From NCBI GenBank assembly GCA_031835245.2, contig JAVKOQ020000018.1, positions 1 to 64,000 on the forward strand: a stretch of DNA of 64,000 nucleotides. The letters run 5' to 3'. The DNA is from Balamuthia mandrillaris (Eukaryota). The stretch's first letter is position 1. Every line of letters begins with the position of its first letter. The position numbers and the translations under genes are program-made. This document shows positions 62,475-64,000 of this stretch, piece after piece. The notes under the pieces are model-generated. The model made no database searches and was not told the origin of the DNA. It saw only the letters and a program-made list of their open reading frames with translations.

Positions 62475-62876
62475 TCAGTTGACGTTCCAGCGATTGCCAC
62501 ATGCCATGCAGCGATAGAAGATGGTGCTCGGCTCGTCGGCCGATCGCGTTTGCATCTGGAAAAAGTTTGCTCTCGTGTGCGAACATTTCGGACATTTTGC
62601 TGTTTTCATCCACACAAAGTAAGGCCGAGACAGTGTCAGTGAAAGAGTAGAAAGAAGCAAAGAAGCAAAGTGTAAACCTTCTGTTTGCGGAGCGTTCTCA
62701 AAGATCTCATCGCCCATGATGTGATCCACTTCCTTCCGCACCAAAGGCATCTTCTTGCTGATGCTTTGCTCGATGTTGAATATGTAGGGGCACGTTTGGC
62801 AGTAAAACCGTAGCCTGTTGCCCGGCCCGTTTTCCACCAGCAACAGGTTCGCGCACGTTGGGCAAAACAACACCAT
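62475..62876 (-). CDS. RPC11: RNA polymerase III subunit C11 (RPC11/POLR3K), one intron (~62600-62678)
   Basis: FCPTCANLL, CQTCPY, CPKC..QMQTRSADEPSTIFYRCMACGNRW. Confidence 0.95.
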   Translation of the reverse strand: MVLFCPTCANLLLVENGPGNRLRFYCQTCPYIFNIEQSISKKMPLVRKEVDHIMGDEIFENAPQTEGLHFASLLLSTLSLTLSRPYFVWMKTAKCPKCSHTRANFFQMQTRSADEPSTIFYRCMACGNRWNVN

Positions 62877-63113
62877 CTTTCTTTACTCTTTCTCCCTCGG
62901 TTATCTTGTTACACATTTTCCCGTGTCGACCTGACGAATACCATGTCGACACGGTTATTAAGCTTTTTACTCAAAGGAAACAGAAGGAGACATTCAGCTA
63001 CAAAAAAATGTCTATCTTTGCAGCTGCTTTTGCTTGAAGCCATTCGTTCTTTGTTTATTTACACATTGAAAAGGAGAGAGAGAGGAGAGAGAGAGAAGAG
63101 AGAGGAGAGAGAG

Positions 63114-63196
<83 letters not shown>

Positions 63197-63199
63197 ACG

Positions 63200-64000
63200 T
63201 TAGTAGGAATGTTTGTCGGCTCGGATTTGCTCGGCTCTGCCGGCAACCACCCCCTTCTCATCCCCCAGCAGCCTTCCGGTGGCCTCCCTCAGCGCTCCTT
63301 CCTGCCTCTCCCCCTCACGGCCCGGTACCGGCAGCGGCTGCTCCGTCGAGGTGATCCCAACGCGTCGAAAAGGTTGGATCACTTCTTCCTGCAGCACAAT
63401 AGGTTCTGCTCTCCTCTCGTGGAGCACCTCTCTTTCACGAATGGGTTCTCCTTCTCTTATCGTTGATGTTGTTGGATGGAGAAGAGGTGTTGTTGCGGTT
63501 GTTGCAGTGGGGATGGTTGGTTTCTCTTCCACTCGCTCAACGTACTTTTCCTCGTGAACGGGAATCCTTTTGGTGTGCATCTGCTCGACCATGGGTCCTT
63601 CCATCGTCTTGGTCTCCTCTCTCATCAGAATCGGCTCTGCCGCTGCCGCTGCCGTAGCGGTCGTCGTCGTGGTTGTAGCCACCGTCCTCTTCTCCATGAC
63701 GACAGGTTCCGTCTTCTCCACAAGAACAGGACGTTCTTCCACATGATGACGCTGATGGGGGGGATGTTCGTGAAGCATGTGCCTCTTCTCGTGCTCCGCT
63801 TCCATTTTTTTGACAGTTCCTTTCTTCTTCAAGTCGTCCTCCCTCTTATGATGATGCTCCAAATGGTGTTCATGAGGATGATGATGGTGATGCTCATGAT
63901 GTTCATGAGAGCGCCGGTAAGACTCATCTTTGCTCAATGGAACTGTTTGATAACCAACAAGCGGTTCTCTGTCTCTGTCCACTGGTGCAACGCCATAGGT
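63200..64000 (-). CDS. Hypothetical His/Glu-rich hydrophilic protein, 5' end outside the window
   Basis: Open frame of at least 260 codons with ordinary (non-microsatellite) codon diversity; no recognised domain. Confidence 0.55.
   Translation of the reverse strand, partial: TYGVAPVDRDREPLVGYQTVPLSKDESYRRSHEHHEHHHHHPHEHHLEHHHKREDDLKKKGTVKKMEAEHEKRHMLHEHPPHQRHHVEERPVLVEKTEPVVMEKRTVATTTTTTATAAAAAEPILMREETKTMEGPMVEQMHTKRIPVHEEKYVERVEEKPTIPTATTATTPLLHPTTSTIREGEPIREREVLHERRAEPIVLQEEVIQPFRRVGITSTEQPLPVPGREGERQEGALREATGRLLGDEKGVVAGRAEQIRADKHSY

Overview
Intron-rich eukaryotic genomic DNA. The gene content and the (CT)n-filled short introns suggest a free-living amoebozoan such as an Acanthamoeba/Balamuthia-like discosean; this is inference only. 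The left edge looks like a chromosome end. Positions 1-3084 hold an element with a complete tyrosine-recombinase catalytic set (R-K-H-R-W-Y) that can be spliced in frame to a telobox-like Myb domain. It is bracketed by an exact 70-bp direct repeat ending in CCCTAACCCTAACCCT, and it abuts a glycosyltransferase-90 pseudogene cut at that telomeric junction. This is a candidate telomere-targeting YR-Myb transposon. The rest is gene-dense host sequence: SUN-domain protein, glycogen phosphorylase (with a U12-type AT-AC intron), MyTH4-FERM myosin, DEP-domain tyrosine-kinase-like protein, intronless F-box/ankyrin protein, ankyrin-polycystin (TRPP) channel, PIG-T, TruB-like synthase, insulysin, RAD23, F-box/WD40, NAA35, BolA, RhoGAP, RPC11 and a partial His-rich ORF. 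A second oddity is a 149-nt Pol III tRNA-like gene with a G3:U70 acceptor stem, a ~77-nt structured D-loop insertion and a distorted anticodon arm. Multi-exon gene coordinates are outer bounds read by eye; no searches were run.
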